The notes: a model not told the origin generated them from the sequence alone. Numbered from the stretch's first letter, positions 1-12,170 are shown. The stretch: 64,000 nt of DNA from Candidatus Colicola equi (GCA_018066175.1 JAGHRV010000053.1:5592-69591), one strand, 5' to 3'. Program-made: numbers and translations.

Positions 1-1739
1 AACAAATTGGGCACTTATCTCCCATCGTTTGGCGAAACGGGTATTGAGCACCATTTTTAAGTCATGGCGTCGTTCATGGCTGGCACTATAGATATATCGT
101 TTAGAACCATCCAAGTCGGGCAATTGACGCAAAGCCCAACCTAATGAATAGGAAATATATCCGGTAACAATACCACGGGGTTTCTGCAACATGATATTGC
201 AGCCATAATTGCGTCCCTTACCGGTCATTAAGAACTGCGTATAGTCCAAGTCTTTATTAATGAGTTGGAAAATATTACCGGTGGACTCTACTACATCAAA
301 AATCTGCTTAAAGAACCCTTCTGCTTGCAAGACCAATTTACCATTGAGCAGTGATGCTGAATAGCGCAGGTTAATGGCATGTGCGCGTTCTGGTTTGAAG
401 TCTGAATTAGCCGTAAGAAAGAAATCGGTAGGTAATCCTCCATTGAGCAATGCCGCTTTATGGAAATACTGGCTATAGGTGCCTATATGCAATGCAATCT
501 CATGTCCTTTGGCAGGGTAGAAATGTACCGATAGACGAGGATCAATGCCGCCGAACCATCGGTTGCTATGGTATCCCGATACATGCAGTCCAATGCGGTA
601 ATCTATCCATGGCTTAACCGAATGCCGCATATCAATGCCTGCGGATACTTCATCGGTATGAATGTATGGCTGCTTCTTCAAATGCATATTCAGCCCTGTT
701 TGATGAATATCTACGGCATTGGTCATACAATGTACATAATCCAAGGACGCTTCCAATCGGATATGGTCGGTTAATTCTTGATATAATTGATTATGCAATT
801 CCGCATTGGCGAAAGTGGCATCGGTATTTACATTAACCAGGGATGTGCCGACAACAACGTTATTCCTAAAAGCACTAAAACTGCCAGTAGTGCGCCAATG
901 ACCTCCTGTCCAATTCCGTTGCCAATAAAGGGATGTGGCGAGGTTCTGCCAGGTCAAACTAATATCGCAACTTTGTTCTTTAACGCGTCCATTATCTCTG
1001 CTGTAAAATGCTGTAAGCACGATTTCATCCTTTTCGGTAGGATGTAAGGCATAAGTGAGATTGAAGTCCATAAAATGGTAGCCCACATTAAGGTCTTCCA
1101 TTGTTAACCACTTTTTATATAGTACATCAACGTATGATGTTCTGGCAGAAATCCATAAGGCGGATTTATTGCCGCAAGGAATAGCTAAACTGACATCACT
1201 ATTGATTAAACCTATATTGCCTTCAACCGAGAACCGAGGCGGTTGCAAGTGGTGGGTTCGTAAATCTACCCAGCCGCCTATACGATTGGTCATTAGACCA
1301 TTATGCTCGGCTTGCTCTACCACCATTTTCTCAAAATGAGATGTGATAAACGTGGAGAATAATCCTAATAAATGGTTGGGATAAAAAACAGGGGCGTTAT
1401 TGATGGAAATAAGAGTTTGGTAATCATCACATCCTTGTATATGCAAACCTGTGCGAGACTCGCTATTTGTTTGTATGCCGGCTAAGGTCTGTAGGTAACG
1501 AATAGGGTCGCTAGTGCCTAATACTTTAGGCATACTATTGATGTCCGCCATGTTCACAATTAATTGCCCTTGTTTAGCTTGAACGAATTGCTTACTGGAG
1601 GATTGTACGATGTGTACTTCTTCTAAATGTCGGGTATAGGCAATCGAGTCTAAATCATAAAACACTGTATCAGAGGCAGCTTGCCCATAACAAAGCAAGC
1701 TGCCAAAGAAAAATACTAATAATGTATATGCCTTCCGCA
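1..1739 (-). CDS. TonB-dependent outer-membrane receptor, partial (continues beyond left edge)
   Basis: Absent from the ORF track because there is no stop inside the window. The reverse-strand reading from the ATG at 1739 gives the signal peptide MRKAYTLLVFFFGSLLCYGQA, then the plug-like motif SDPIRYLQTLAGIQT...LHIQGCDDYQ. I hand-translated from 1739 down to about 840 and the frame stays open. No competing minus-strand ORFs are listed in 1-1749. Confidence 0.75.
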
Positions 1740-1749
1740 TGATACGATA

Positions 1750-3126
1750 TTAGAACTCTACATGATTTAATCCTAATTCTGTCTCAAGGTCAATGTACTT
1801 ATTAATTAAATCTTCAGACATGCCTCTCAGGATTGAGAACTTACTGGAGGAGAAATACTCGCTAAAGGAGTAGGTGGACATGTCTTTGGGGAAGAACAAT
1901 ACCGGCTCTATCTCGTAATACGTTTCGGTAACATAGCGCCCTAAATTATAATCATAATACTCGTCTTGATAATCTACTGCTTGTGCAATAACTTTAGCCT
2001 GCATAGTCTCTGAATTGTAGTACAAGCCGGCCGTAGCGTATTGGTTGATAATAGAGCAGAGTGCTTTTTGTGCCTCAAGTGAAGAAGAACGGTTATCATA
2101 CTTTCTATCCCAATTCATAATGGCATCATATAACGAACCTCCATCTGTGATATGTGCTTTGATTTGAGCCTTATCCATGATTTGAATTACGCAGTCTCCA
2201 CTACCAACTTGACCAATGAGTGATTCGTAGCGATCAGCATACTTCTCTGCCCATTCTTCCCAACTATCTACACTGTCGTCATTGTTCTTTTCAAATAGTT
2301 GGTACTTAGGCAAGTTGATTGTAGCAGCAATCATGCTCTTACTGCCGTAAGACATGGCAAAAGCCATATTTCCATGCGTACTGGTAATGTTGATGTCAAA
2401 CTTCCACTTCAGGTTAGCTACGGCAATATCGGCACCGAGAGTGAGATGGTCATTGCGCTTCGTATTAAGGGAAATGGATACACCAATCACTTGGGAGTTA
2501 TTCTGCATCAACTGCATGCGAATCTTCTCGGGAATTTGTGCGCGAATCCGTTTGGTTGTGCCATCCTCCCTATAGGAAACGGTATATTCGGTAGTAGCAC
2601 CTTCACCCCATACTCTTAACGAACATTGTTTGCCTTGCTCATCTGTAAAAGTGGCCGTGCATTTACCATCAGTACTCGGTGTAACAATAATAGTTTTAGT
2701 GTATTCATTTACTGTGAAGTTGTGACTATCATTGGCGAACGAGAAGATTTGCTCCATCATTGCAAGGGTAGGAATACGTTTTTGTTCAGCCATTTGTGCG
2801 TAGCGTTTGGGCAGCCCAAAGAAACTCTCGTATTTATCCCGATAGATTTGTTCCATGTCATCACCCAATTGTTCCCAGTCATAGGACTCATACTTGCGAT
2901 ATAGACCATCTGCTAATTCAATGACGAATTGTTGGTCATTGGTGTTAAAGGTGTTGATAAACTCTTTACCAGCATCTACTAAGTATTGCTTCTGCTCTTC
3001 CGGAGACATAGCATTTAGATCCTGTTTCTGTTCTTCTCCACCACCACCATTACCATCGCTGCTTTTTTCGCAGCCAATCAATGCCAATCCACATAGGATA
3101 ATAGGCAACCATTTCATTGTTTTCAT
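1750..3126 (-). CDS. hypothetical lipoprotein (458 aa)
   Basis: The ORF-track N-terminus MKTMKWLPIILCGLALIGCEKSS is a signal peptide with a lipobox Cys. The gene ends 11 nt upstream of the TonB-receptor-like gene. No family recognised. Confidence 0.7.
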   Translation of the reverse strand: MKTMKWLPIILCGLALIGCEKSSDGNGGGGEEQKQDLNAMSPEEQKQYLVDAGKEFINTFNTNDQQFVIELADGLYRKYESYDWEQLGDDMEQIYRDKYESFFGLPKRYAQMAEQKRIPTLAMMEQIFSFANDSHNFTVNEYTKTIIVTPSTDGKCTATFTDEQGKQCSLRVWGEGATTEYTVSYREDGTTKRIRAQIPEKIRMQLMQNNSQVIGVSISLNTKRNDHLTLGADIAVANLKWKFDINITSTHGNMAFAMSYGSKSMIAATINLPKYQLFEKNNDDSVDSWEEWAEKYADRYESLIGQVGSGDCVIQIMDKAQIKAHITDGGSLYDAIMNWDRKYDNRSSSLEAQKALCSIINQYATAGLYYNSETMQAKVIAQAVDYQDEYYDYNLGRYVTETYYEIEPVLFFPKDMSTYSFSEYFSSSKFSILRGMSEDLINKYIDLETELGLNHVEF

Positions 3127-3339
3127 ATTGTTGTTAATTTAAAGTTATTATTACCATTTAAAATAGGCTTTAATACCTGCCGGTAGCATATATCTATTGC
3201 AGCTTAATCCCCACGGATCACTACCATAATAAACCTCTTGGGTAGCAGATTTGATAATATATCCATCACTTCCTGATGTTTATTCATAAATTGGATGTTT
3301 TTTGGGGTTAATTGTTAGTGACAAAGTGGATTTTGGTCG

Positions 3340-3347
3340 CAAAATTA
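3340..3347 (-). promoter_or_regulatory. possible -7 box (TAATTTTG on minus strand) for the lipoprotein/TonB-receptor operon
   Basis: The plus-strand caaaatta equals TAATTTTG on the minus strand. It lies about 214 nt upstream of the ATG at 3126, so the assignment is tentative. Confidence 0.35.
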
Positions 3348-3514
3348 CAAATAATTTTACATATATGCAACTATTTGTGTGATTTTTTTTAAAAAAGTTC
3401 AAATTTTGCCAAGGGGCATTTGTGCGTGCAAATTAAGAATCAAGAGAAGATACTTGCTGAATTTTCAAAAAAAATGCAAAAAATAACAAAAAAATGCATT
3501 TTTCTTCAAAATTA

Positions 3515-3546
3515 TTTGCACAATCCAAAAAAAAGTTGTAATTTTG
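3515..3546 (+). promoter_or_regulatory. Bacteroidetes-type promoter of the str/ribosomal operon (-33 TTTG 3515-3518, -7 TAATTTTG 3539-3546)
   Basis: Matches the TTTG-N20-TAnnTTTG consensus. It lies 145 nt upstream of rpsL. Confidence 0.7.
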
Positions 3547-3690
3547 CACGCTTTTTCCGGTGTGTGTGTACGCACATACGTATATATGCGAGGATGTGGA
3601 CACGCGAAAGAGCGCATAAATAAAAGGAAAGAAAGTCTAAGGGACTTCAAAAATAACAAACATTAATTATTAACAAACAATCAAGTTACA

Positions 3691-4071
3691 ATGCCTACAA
3701 TTCAACAATTAGTTAGAAAAGGAAGAGCAGAACTGATCGACAAGAGCAAAAGCCCTGCACTGGACAACTGCCCACAACGTCGTGGCGTATGTGTACGCGT
3801 TTACACAACAACTCCTAAAAAGCCTAATTCCGCAATGCGTAAGGTGGCACGTGTTCGTTTGACGAACCAAAAGGAAGTGAATGCTTACATTCCGGGTGAA
3901 GGTCACAACTTACAAGAGCACAGTATCGTTATGGTACGTGGTGGTCGTGTAAAAGACCTGCCAGGTGTACGTTACCACATCGTTCGTGGTACTTTGGATA
4001 CCGCCGGTGTAGCTAACCGCTTACAACGTCGTAGTAAATACGGCGCTAAACGCCCAAAGGTGAAAAAGTAA
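3691..4071 (+). CDS. rpsL: 30S ribosomal protein uS12
   Basis: Translation [12 protein letters not shown]...[16 protein letters not shown]; first gene of the str operon. Confidence 0.97.
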   Translation: MPTIQQLVRKGRAELIDKSKSPALDNCPQRRGVCVRVYTTTPKKPNSAMRKVARVRLTNQKEVNAYIPGEGHNLQEHSIVMVRGGRVKDLPGVRYHIVRGTLDTAGVANRLQRRSKYGAKRPKVKK

Positions 4072-4204
4072 AACACACCAATCAGTAATTTCTGCAAACA
4101 AACAACTAACTAAAAGTCCCATATTGGGAACAGATTAACTGGGTTGATCGGTTGAGTAAGGTGCAAACCTGAAGCGATTACAACCACAAAACAAGTAAAC
4201 AACA

Positions 4205-4681
4205 ATGAGAAAAGCAAAACCGAAAAAACGTGTCATCCTGCCGGATCCCGTTTATGGAGAGGTAATGGTTGCTAAATTTGTGAACCACCTCATGCTCGAT
4301 GGTAAGAAGAATACCTCCTATGGTGTTTTCTATACCGCTCTGGACCTCGTTGGCCAGAAGATGAAGGACAGTGAAAAAGCTGCCTTGGATATCTGGAAAG
4401 AGGCTCTGGATAACATTACTCCTTTGGTAGAGGTTAAGTCTAAACGTATCGGAGGTGCTACATTCCAAGTACCTACCGAGATTCGTGCAGACCGCAAGGA
4501 GTCAATTGCAATGAAGAATATGATCGCCTTCGCTCGTAAACGCGGTGGTCACTCAATGGCCGAGAAACTGGCAGCCGAAATCATGGATGCCCTCAACAGC
4601 CAAGGTGGCGCCTTCAAGCGTAAGGAAGATATGCATCGTATGGCTGAGGCCAACCGTGCATTCGCACATTTCCGCTTCTAA
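4205..4681 (+). CDS. rpsG: 30S ribosomal protein uS7
   Basis: Translation [19 protein letters not shown]...; follows rpsL. Confidence 0.97.
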   Translation: MRKAKPKKRVILPDPVYGEVMVAKFVNHLMLDGKKNTSYGVFYTALDLVGQKMKDSEKAALDIWKEALDNITPLVEVKSKRIGGATFQVPTEIRADRKESIAMKNMIAFARKRGGHSMAEKLAAEIMDALNSQGGAFKRKEDMHRMAEANRAFAHFRF

Positions 4682-4713
4682 AGGTATTTAAGGTATTAGT
4701 CTATATTTAGGAA

Positions 4714-6834
4714 ATGGCAAAGCACGACTTGACATATAATAGAAATATCGGTATCATGGCTCACATTGATGCCGGTAAGACTACAACCTCAGAGCGCATC
4801 CTGTTCTATACCGGTCTGACTCATAAGATTGGTGAAGTACACGATGGCGCTGCTACGATGGACTGGATGGAGCAGGAGCAAGAGCGTGGTATAACTATCA
4901 CCTCTGCTGCTACTACCACCTACTGGCCTTATTTGGGACAGAAATACAAAATCAACCTTATTGACACTCCGGGTCACGTAGATTTTACGGTAGAGGTAGA
5001 GCGTTCGCTTCGTATCTTGGATGGTGCCGTTATGGCATTATGTTCGGTAGGTGGCGTACAACCTCAATCAGAGACCGTTTGGCGTCAGGCTGATAAGTAC
5101 AATGTTCCTCGTATCTGCTACGTCAACAAGATGGACCGCAGCGGTGCCAACTTTTACGACGTAGTTCGCCAAATCCACGAAGTATTAGGTGCTACTCCTT
5201 GCCCCATTCAAATTCCTGTGGGCGCAGAAGAAAGTTTCAAAGGCGTAGTGGACTTGGTTAAGATGAAGGCTATTATTTGGCACGACGAAACAATGGGTGC
5301 TGAATACAAAGAAGAAGCTATTCCTGCTGACTTACAAGCAGAGGCAGAAGAATGGCGCGATAAGATGCTCGAGACGGTGGCTGAGTTTGACGACACCCTG
5401 ATGGAGAAATACCTCGGCGGTGACCTCGACTCCATTACCGAAGAAGAGATCCGCGCTGCCATTCGCAAAGGTACAATCAAGATGGCTATCTTCCCTGTTA
5501 TCTGTGGTTCAAGCTTTAAGAACAAAGGTGTACAAACAATGTTGGACGCTGTCTGCGCTTACTTGCCAAGCCCGCTGGATACAGAGGAGATACATGGTAA
5601 AGATCCTAAGGATGCTGACAAAGTGATTGTTCGTCACCCTAACGAGGATGAACCACTCTGCGCATTAGCCTTCAAGATCGCTACTGACCCGTATGTAGGA
5701 CGTTTGTGCTACTTCAGAGTTTACTCCGGTAAACTGGAGGCCGGCACCTATGTTTATAATACGCGCTCAGGCAAGCGCGAGCGCATATCTCGTATCTTCC
5801 AGATGCACTCCAACCACCAAAACCCCGTGGATGTAATCTGCGCCGGTGATATAGGTGCCGGAGTGGGCTTCAAGGACATCCGCACGGGTGATACCTTATG
5901 CTCGGAAGGTGCACAGATAACCCTCGAGTCGATTGAGTTCCCCGCTCCCGTTATCGGTATCAGCGTTGAACCTAAATCGCAGGCAGATGTGGATAAATTA
6001 GGTATCGGACTAAGCAAATTAGCTGAGGAAGATCCTACCTTCACCGTTAAGACCGACGAACAAACAGGACAAACCGTCATCTCCGGTATGGGTGAGTTGC
6101 ACTTGGAAATCATCATCGACCGTCTGCGTCGTGAGTTCAAAGTGGAATGTAACCAAGGTCGTCCTCAAGTGGCTTACCGCGAGGCTATCAGCCAAGCCGT
6201 TGAGCTGCGTGAGACCTACAAGAAACAAACCGGTGGTCGTGGTAAGTTCGCTGACATGATCGTTCGCGTTGAACCGGCTGATGAGGACTTTGATGGTACG
6301 CTGCAATTTGTGGATATCGTCAAAGGTGGTGATATACCTAAGGAATACATCCCGGCTATCCAAAAAGGTTTTGAAACGGCTATGAAGTCAGGCGTATTGG
6401 CCGGCTTCCCACTAGATAAACTGAAGGTAACCGTTATCGATGGTTCATTCCACCCGGTTGACTCCGACCAACTGTCCTTTGAGATCTGCGCACAAATAGC
6501 ATTCAAGAATGCTTGCACCAAAGCTAAACCCGTATTGATGGAGCCTATCATGAAGATTGAGGTGGTAACACCCGAAGAGAACATGGGTGACGTCATCGGC
6601 GACCTGAACAAACGTCGTGGACAAGTAGAAGGTATGGACACCGCTCGCACCGGCGCTCGTATCATCAAAGCTAAAGTACCATTGAGCGAGATGTTCGGAT
6701 ACGTAACCGCTTTGCGTACTATCACCAGTGGCCGCGCTACCAGCAGTATGGAGTTCTCTCACTACGAGGCCGTAAGTAGCACCATCGCTAAAGCCGTCCT
6801 GACGGAATGCGGCGGACGAGCTGAACTGGTATAA
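4714..6834 (+). CDS. fusA: elongation factor G
   Basis: 706 aa; G1 motif AHIDAGKTT and DTPGHVDF; str operon position. Confidence 0.97.
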   Translation: MAKHDLTYNRNIGIMAHIDAGKTTTSERILFYTGLTHKIGEVHDGAATMDWMEQEQERGITITSAATTTYWPYLGQKYKINLIDTPGHVDFTVEVERSLRILDGAVMALCSVGGVQPQSETVWRQADKYNVPRICYVNKMDRSGANFYDVVRQIHEVLGATPCPIQIPVGAEESFKGVVDLVKMKAIIWHDETMGAEYKEEAIPADLQAEAEEWRDKMLETVAEFDDTLMEKYLGGDLDSITEEEIRAAIRKGTIKMAIFPVICGSSFKNKGVQTMLDAVCAYLPSPLDTEEIHGKDPKDADKVIVRHPNEDEPLCALAFKIATDPYVGRLCYFRVYSGKLEAGTYVYNTRSGKRERISRIFQMHSNHQNPVDVICAGDIGAGVGFKDIRTGDTLCSEGAQITLESIEFPAPVIGISVEPKSQADVDKLGIGLSKLAEEDPTFTVKTDEQTGQTVISGMGELHLEIIIDRLRREFKVECNQGRPQVAYREAISQAVELRETYKKQTGGRGKFADMIVRVEPADEDFDGTLQFVDIVKGGDIPKEYIPAIQKGFETAMKSGVLAGFPLDKLKVTVIDGSFHPVDSDQLSFEICAQIAFKNACTKAKPVLMEPIMKIEVVTPEENMGDVIGDLNKRRGQVEGMDTARTGARIIKAKVPLSEMFGYVTALRTITSGRATSSMEFSHYEAVSSTIAKAVLTECGGRAELV

Positions 6835-6930
6835 AAAAGGTAACACCTTATATATAATAACGCGTACGTACGCGTAGGACTCAAGCAAATGACTCTTTGA
6901 GAACCACGTACTACGCAATAGTATTAATCA

Positions 6931-6960
6931 CTAGTAAGCTAGTAACTAGTAAACTAGACA
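6931..6960 (+). repeat. four tandem 7-8 nt units (CTAGTAA-like) in the fusA-rpsJ spacer
   Basis: Read directly: ctagtaag ctagtaa ctagtaaa ctagaca. The units place TAG/TAA in all three frames. Confidence 0.8.
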
Positions 6961-6974
6961 AACAACAAACAACA

Positions 6975-7280
6975 ATGAGTCAAAAAATTCGTATTAAACT
7001 CAAATCGTTCGATCACAACCTGGTGGATAAATCCGCAGAGAAGATCGTGAAGACCGTTAAAGCAACGGGTGCTGTAGTAAGTGGTCCTATTCCATTGCCA
7101 ACGCACAAACGTATTTTCACCGTTAACCGCTCAACCTTCGTTAACAAGAAATCGCGTGAACAATTCGAGTTGGCTAACTACAAACGTCTGATTGACATCT
7201 ATAGCTCCAACCAAAAGACCGTTGAGGCGCTGATGAAACTGGAACTGGCAAGCGGCGTTGAGGTCGAGATTAAGGTCTAG
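6975..7280 (+). CDS. rpsJ: 30S ribosomal protein uS10
   Basis: ORF 6897..7280 trimmed to the internal ATG at 6975 ([14 protein letters not shown]...), which gives the normal ~101 aa length. Confidence 0.93.
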   Translation: MSQKIRIKLKSFDHNLVDKSAEKIVKTVKATGAVVSGPIPLPTHKRIFTVNRSTFVNKKSREQFELANYKRLIDIYSSNQKTVEALMKLELASGVEVEIKV

Positions 7281-7377
7281 TATAAAACAAAAGGGTACTT
7301 CCGACGGAAAGACTACGACAGGAGAACCCGTCGGCGAGAGTACTTAATCACTAATAATTAATTAAATCCACAAAAAA

Positions 7378-7992
7378 ATGTCAGGATTATTAGGTAAAAA
7401 AATCGGAATGACTTCCGTATTCGGTGCTGATGGCAAAAATATTCCATGCACCGTTATCGAGTGTGGTCCTTGCGTTGTTACCCAACTGAAAACAGTGGAG
7501 AAAGACGGCTATAAAGCTGCTCAGGTAGGTTTCATGCCCAAGAGCGAGAAACATACTACGAAGGCTGAAGCCGGTCATTTCAAGGCTGCTGGAGTACAAC
7601 CCATGCGCTACCTCGCAGAGTTTGACTTCGAGCAAGAAGTTAAACTGGGTGATACCATCACGGTATCGATGTTCGAAGAGAACACATTCGTAGATGTTAT
7701 CGGCATCTCGAAAGGTAAAGGTTACCAAGGCGTTGTTAAACGTCACGGTTTTGGTGGTGTAGGTCAATCTACCCACGGTCAGGATGACCGCCTTCGTGCC
7801 CCCGGTTCAGTTGGTGCTTGCGCTTATCCTAGCCGTATCTTCCCGGGTACCCGCATGGCCGGTCACATGGGACAAGACCGCGTAACTGCTCAGAACCTCC
7901 TCGTTCTCAAAGTAATTCCCGAGTACAACTTGATTATGGTCAAGGGCTCTATCCCGGGTGCTAAAAACAGTATTGTAACGATTAACAAGTAA
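7378..7992 (+). CDS. rplC: 50S ribosomal protein uL3
   Basis: Translation [15 protein letters not shown]...; S10 operon order. Confidence 0.96.
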   Translation: MSGLLGKKIGMTSVFGADGKNIPCTVIECGPCVVTQLKTVEKDGYKAAQVGFMPKSEKHTTKAEAGHFKAAGVQPMRYLAEFDFEQEVKLGDTITVSMFEENTFVDVIGISKGKGYQGVVKRHGFGGVGQSTHGQDDRLRAPGSVGACAYPSRIFPGTRMAGHMGQDRVTAQNLLVLKVIPEYNLIMVKGSIPGAKNSIVTINK

Positions 7993-7999
7993 TTGACGT

Positions 8000-8626
8000 A
8001 TGGAAATTAGTATTTTGAATCAAGCCGGTGAAGCTACCGGTAAGAAGATCAAACTGAATGCTGAGATCTTCGGTATCGAGCCTAACGACCATGCTATCTA
8101 CTTGGACGTTAAGCAATTCTTGGCAAACAACCGCCAAGGCACAGCTAAAGCTAAACAACGTAGTGAGAACGCTCACTCTACTCGTAAACTCGGTCGCCAG
8201 AAAGGTGGAGGCGGAGCTCGTCCGGGTGATCTGAAATCACCGGTACGCGTAGGTGGTGGTACCATCTTTGGTCCCGTTCCTCGTGACTATAGCTTCAAAC
8301 TGAATCACAAACTCAAACAACTCGCTCGCCGCTCCGCTTTGTCTCTGCGCGCTAAACAAAAAGAGATTATCGTTCTCGATACACTCACGTTTGACGCTCC
8401 TAAGACCAAGGCTATGGTAGAGGTTCTCAATAACCTCAAAATCGCTGGTAAGAAAGTATTGTTCGTAATGCCGGAGGTGAACCCCGTTGTTATGAAGAGT
8501 GCTAACAACATTGAGCGCACTAATGTGACTACAGTTAACGAACTGAATACCTATTCAATCATGAACTCAAACGCCGTTGTTATGCTCGTTGATAGCGTAA
8601 AGGCAATTGAGGCAACTTTAGCATAA
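8000..8626 (+). CDS. rplD: 50S ribosomal protein uL4
   Basis: 208 aa with ...[18 protein letters not shown]...; operon order. Confidence 0.95.
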   Translation: MEISILNQAGEATGKKIKLNAEIFGIEPNDHAIYLDVKQFLANNRQGTAKAKQRSENAHSTRKLGRQKGGGGARPGDLKSPVRVGGGTIFGPVPRDYSFKLNHKLKQLARRSALSLRAKQKEIIVLDTLTFDAPKTKAMVEVLNNLKIAGKKVLFVMPEVNPVVMKSANNIERTNVTTVNELNTYSIMNSNAVVMLVDSVKAIEATLA

Positions 8627-8638
8627 GGAGGTAAGATT

Positions 8639-8929
8639 ATGGCAATTATTATTAAACCTATCGTCACCGAGAAGATGACCGCCGCCGGCGAAAAGTTGAA
8701 CCGTTATGGTTTTCAGGTAATCCGCACAGCCAATAAGGTGGAAATCAAAAAGGCTGTCGAAGAAATGTACAATGTCCAAGTGGTTGACGTTAATACGTTA
8801 ATCCAAGGCCCCAAGGCTCAGCAACGCTATACCAAGAGTGGTCTCATTCGCGGTGAGAAGCAAGCCTATAAGAAGGCTATTGTGACATTGAAAGAAGGTG
8901 AAACAATCGATTTTTATAGCAATATTTAA
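8639..8929 (+). CDS. rplW: 50S ribosomal protein uL23
   Basis: 96 aa, [12 protein letters not shown]...; operon order. Confidence 0.95.
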   Translation: MAIIIKPIVTEKMTAAGEKLNRYGFQVIRTANKVEIKKAVEEMYNVQVVDVNTLIQGPKAQQRYTKSGLIRGEKQAYKKAIVTLKEGETIDFYSNI

Positions 8930-8931
8930 CA

Positions 8932-9756
8932 ATGGCTGTACGTAAATTTAAACCCTCTACACCGGGGCAAAGACACAAAGTTATTGGCGCGTTTGAAACA
9001 ATTACCGCAAGCGCACCAGAGAAGTCTCTCGTGTTCGGTAAAGCCAAAACGGGTGGTCGTAACCATTCTGGTAAAATGACCATGCGTTATATTGGTGGTG
9101 GACACAAGCAGAAATATCGCGTAATTGACTTCAAACGCAACAAAGATGGTGTACCCGCAATCGTTAAGACTATCGAGTATGATCCGAACCGTTCGGCTCG
9201 TATCGCTCTGTTGTTCTATGCTGATGGCGAGAAGCGTTACATGCTGGCTCCTAACGGCCTGCAAGTTGGTCAACAAGTATTATCCGGAAGCGGTATCGCT
9301 CCCGAAGTTGGAAACAGTCTTCCTTTGTCCGAGATTCCTCTGGGAACTCTCGTGCATAACATCGAGCTTCGTCCCGGTCAGGGCGCTCAGATGGTTCGTT
9401 CCGCAGGTGTGTTCGCACAACTTGCCGGTCGTGAAGACAAGTATGCTCTGATTAAGTTACCTTCGGGTGAGCTTCGTAAGATACTCGCTGCCTGCAAGGC
9501 AACAGTAGGTGTTGTTGGTAATTCGGACCACGCCCTGGAAAAGAGTGGTAAAGCCGGTCGTAACCGTTGGTTCGGTCGTCGTCCACGCAACCGCGGTGTG
9601 ACAATGAACCCTGTAGATCACCCAATGGGTGGTGGTGAAGGCCGCGCAAGTGGTGGACATCCACGTAGCCGCAAGGGCTTGTTAGCTAAGGGTTACAAGA
9701 CTCGTCATCCGAAAAATCAAAGCAATCAATACATCATTGAAAGACGTAAAAAATAA
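8932..9756 (+). CDS. rplB: 50S ribosomal protein uL2
   Basis: 274 aa, [15 protein letters not shown]...GGGEGR... Confidence 0.97.
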   Translation: MAVRKFKPSTPGQRHKVIGAFETITASAPEKSLVFGKAKTGGRNHSGKMTMRYIGGGHKQKYRVIDFKRNKDGVPAIVKTIEYDPNRSARIALLFYADGEKRYMLAPNGLQVGQQVLSGSGIAPEVGNSLPLSEIPLGTLVHNIELRPGQGAQMVRSAGVFAQLAGREDKYALIKLPSGELRKILAACKATVGVVGNSDHALEKSGKAGRNRWFGRRPRNRGVTMNPVDHPMGGGEGRASGGHPRSRKGLLAKGYKTRHPKNQSNQYIIERRKK

Positions 9757-9775
9757 CCTATAAAAAAGAGAAATT

Positions 9776-10042
9776 ATGAGTCGTTCATTAAAGAAAGGTC
9801 CATTTATCGACCGTAAACTTGAAGACAAGGTGATCGCAATGAATGAGTCTAACAAGAAAGAAGTTGTTAAGACTTGGTCGCGCGCCAGTATGATCTCTCC
9901 TGATTTTGTAGGTCATACGATTGCCGTTCACAACGGAAATAAGTTCATTCCTGTATACGTAACGGAGAATATGGTAGGTCATAAACTCGGTGAGTTCGCT
10001 CCTACTCGTACCTTCCGTGGTCACTCAGGAAATAATAAGTAA
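9776..10042 (+). CDS. rpsS: 30S ribosomal protein uS19
   Basis: [12 protein letters not shown]...[23 protein letters not shown]. Confidence 0.97.
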   Translation: MSRSLKKGPFIDRKLEDKVIAMNESNKKEVVKTWSRASMISPDFVGHTIAVHNGNKFIPVYVTENMVGHKLGEFAPTRTFRGHSGNNK

Positions 10043-10081
10043 TCCACTAATCATTCACAACAATTAAAAATTTTTTAGACT

Positions 10082-10486
10082 ATGGGTGCTAGAAAACACA
10101 ACACAGCTGAAGCAATGAAAGAAGCTCGTAAAAACGAGTACTTTGCTAAGCTCAATAATGTTCCTACCAGTCCGCGAAAAATGCGCCTTGTTGCTGACAT
10201 GATTCGTGGTCTCGAAGTGAACCGTGCCCTCGGTGCACTGCATTTCTCCACCAAGGAGGCTAGCCGCGCACTCGAGAAAGTTCTCAAATCTGCTATTGCT
10301 AACTGGGAAGTTAAAACCGGTAAAAAAGCAGATTCTGAAACTCTGTATGTAAGTAAAGTTATGGTAGACGGCGGTATGTCACTTAAGCGTCTCCAGACCG
10401 CTCCTCAAGGTCGTGGATACCGTATCCGCAAACGCTCTAACCATATTACAATCTATGTAGATACCAAAACTAATAAAGCTGAGTAA
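10082..10486 (+). CDS. rplV: 50S ribosomal protein uL22
   Basis: 134 aa; operon order between rpsS and rpsC. Confidence 0.94.
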   Translation: MGARKHNTAEAMKEARKNEYFAKLNNVPTSPRKMRLVADMIRGLEVNRALGALHFSTKEASRALEKVLKSAIANWEVKTGKKADSETLYVSKVMVDGGMSLKRLQTAPQGRGYRIRKRSNHITIYVDTKTNKAE

Positions 10487-10490
10487 GACT

Positions 10491-11237
10491 ATGGGACAAA
10501 AAATTTCGCCAATTAGTAACCGTCTGGGTATAGTACGCGGATGGGACAGCAACTGGTTCGGAAGTAAAAACTACGGAGATACGATCCTTGAAGATCAAAA
10601 AATCCGTGACTACTTGAACGCCCGTCTTGCTGAGGCTAGCATTAGCCGTATCGTAATAGAGAGAACTCTTAAACTTGTGACCGTAACTGTCTGCACTGCT
10701 CGCCCCGGGTTCATCATCGGTAAGGGTGGACAAGAAGTTGACAAATTGAAAGAGGAACTGAAGAAAATCACTAAACAAGACGTTCAGATCAACATCTACG
10801 AAGTTAAACGTCCTGAATTGGATGCTACCATCGTAGCCCAAAAAGTTGCTAAACAACTCGAGGGTAAGATCGCTTATCGTCGTGCCGTTAAGATGGCCAT
10901 CGCATCCACTATGCGTATGGGCGCTGAAGGTATCAAAATCCAAATTAGTGGTCGTCTGAATGGTGCCGAAATCGCACGTTCCGAGATGTACAAAGAGGGT
11001 CGTACTCCTCTGCATACACTCCGTGCTGACATCGACTACTGCCATGTAGGCGCTCTCACTAAAGTGGGTATCCTTGGCGTCAAGGTTTGGATTTGCCGCG
11101 GTGAAGTTTATGGCAAGAAAGATCTTGCTCCTAACTTTGCAGCAGAGAAGGGTGGCGCACGTGGCGACCGTCGTGATGACCGTCGTGGTGATCGTCGTGA
11201 TCGTCGTGGTGATTTCCGCAGAAACAAAAAACAATAA
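10491..11237 (+). CDS. rpsC: 30S ribosomal protein uS3 (with Arg/Asp-rich C-terminal tail)
   Basis: [14 protein letters not shown]..., KH-domain region, tail [27 protein letters not shown]. Confidence 0.96.
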   Translation: MGQKISPISNRLGIVRGWDSNWFGSKNYGDTILEDQKIRDYLNARLAEASISRIVIERTLKLVTVTVCTARPGFIIGKGGQEVDKLKEELKKITKQDVQINIYEVKRPELDATIVAQKVAKQLEGKIAYRRAVKMAIASTMRMGAEGIKIQISGRLNGAEIARSEMYKEGRTPLHTLRADIDYCHVGALTKVGILGVKVWICRGEVYGKKDLAPNFAAEKGGARGDRRDDRRGDRRDRRGDFRRNKKQ

Positions 11238-11263
11238 GTTTAACCGATTTGTAGATTACAGTT

Positions 11264-11695
11264 ATGTTACAACCTAAGAAAACAAAATTCCGCCGTTCGC
11301 AAAAAGGCCGTATTAAAGGCAATGCTCAGCGCGGCAACGAGCTCGCATTTGGCTCGTTCGGTATCAAGAGCCTTGGTACCATCTGGTTGACAGGTCGTCA
11401 AATCGAAGCAGCCCGTGTGGCCGTAACACGTTATATGCAACGTCAGGGTCAAGTTTGGATCCGCGTTTTCCCGGATAAACCTATTACAAAGAAACCATTG
11501 GATGTCCGTATGGGTAAAGGTAAAGGTGCTCCCGAAGGATTCGTTGTTCCATTGGCACCGGGTCGCATCATCTTCGAAGTAGATGGCGTACCTTACGAGG
11601 TAGCTAAAGAGGCTTTGCGCCTTGCAGCTCAAAAACTTCCGATTACAACCAAATTTGTCGTAAGACGTGATTACGACGCAACCCAACTCATTTAA
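11264..11695 (+). CDS. rplP: 50S ribosomal protein uL16
   Basis: [16 protein letters not shown]... Confidence 0.96.
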   Translation: MLQPKKTKFRRSQKGRIKGNAQRGNELAFGSFGIKSLGTIWLTGRQIEAARVAVTRYMQRQGQVWIRVFPDKPITKKPLDVRMGKGKGAPEGFVVPLAPGRIIFEVDGVPYEVAKEALRLAAQKLPITTKFVVRRDYDATQLI

Positions 11696-11705
11696 CAAAA
11701 GGATT

Positions 11706-11900
11706 ATGAAAACAGCTGAAATTAAAGAACTCACAACGGCTGAGATTCAAGAGCGTTTGGCTACCGAGAAGGAAAACCTCGTTCGTATGAAACTTAACCA
11801 CAGTATTTCGCCGCTAGACAATCCGTTGCAGATTAAGGTTGCTCGTAAGACAATCGCTCGTCTCGCAACAGAACTGCGTGCAAGAGAAATTAACAAGTAA
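11706..11900 (+). CDS. rpmC: 50S ribosomal protein uL29
   Basis: ORF 11667..11900 trimmed to the ATG at 11706 ([10 protein letters not shown]...), 64 aa. Confidence 0.92.
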   Translation: MKTAEIKELTTAEIQERLATEKENLVRMKLNHSISPLDNPLQIKVARKTIARLATELRAREINK

Positions 11901-11913
11901 AAATTCGACAGAA

Positions 11914-12168
11914 ATGGAAAGAAATCTTAGAAAAGAGCGTCAGGGTATCGTTACTTCCAACAAGATGGATAAGACTATCGTCGTAGCCGTTAAGTGGAAA
12001 GAGAAACACCCTATTTATGGCAAGTTTGTCAATAAAACTCGCAAGTTCCACGTTCATGACGAGAAACAAGAGGCAGGTATCGGAGATACCGTTCGCATTA
12101 TGGAAACTCGTCCTCTGAGCAAAACTGTTCGTTGGCGTTTAACTCAAATTATTGAAAGGGCTAAGTAA
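11914..12168 (+). CDS. rpsQ: 30S ribosomal protein uS17
   Basis: ORF 11839..12168 trimmed to the ATG at 11914 ([13 protein letters not shown]...), 84 aa. Confidence 0.92.
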   Translation: MERNLRKERQGIVTSNKMDKTIVVAVKWKEKHPIYGKFVNKTRKFHVHDEKQEAGIGDTVRIMETRPLSKTVRWRLTQIIERAK

Positions 12169-12170
12169 TT

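Noticed and set aside
3127-3339. Possible 27-codon ORF (MNKHQEVMDILSNLLPKRFIMVVIRGD, minus strand) in the long leader upstream of the lipoprotein gene
   Set aside because: There is no supporting signal (conservation cannot be checked, no recognisable family), so it could equally be untranslated leader.
11150-11225. Tandem cgtcgtg(at/gt)ga-type nucleotide repeats that look like a micro-satellite or VNTR
   Set aside because: They are in frame within rpsC and encode the [18 protein letters not shown] tail, so this is a coding low-complexity extension, not a non-coding repeat.
10470-11234. 254-aa ORF antisense to rpsC (and similar long antisense or alternative-frame ORFs at 11267-11734, 12611-13276, 6216-6725, 6445-6918, 36189-36737, 46305-46859, 49198-49662, 51779-52303)
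   Set aside because: They fully overlap strongly supported genes on the opposite strand or in another frame, and have odd compositions (for example [14 protein letters not shown] mirrors the RRD repeats). They are typical shadow ORFs.
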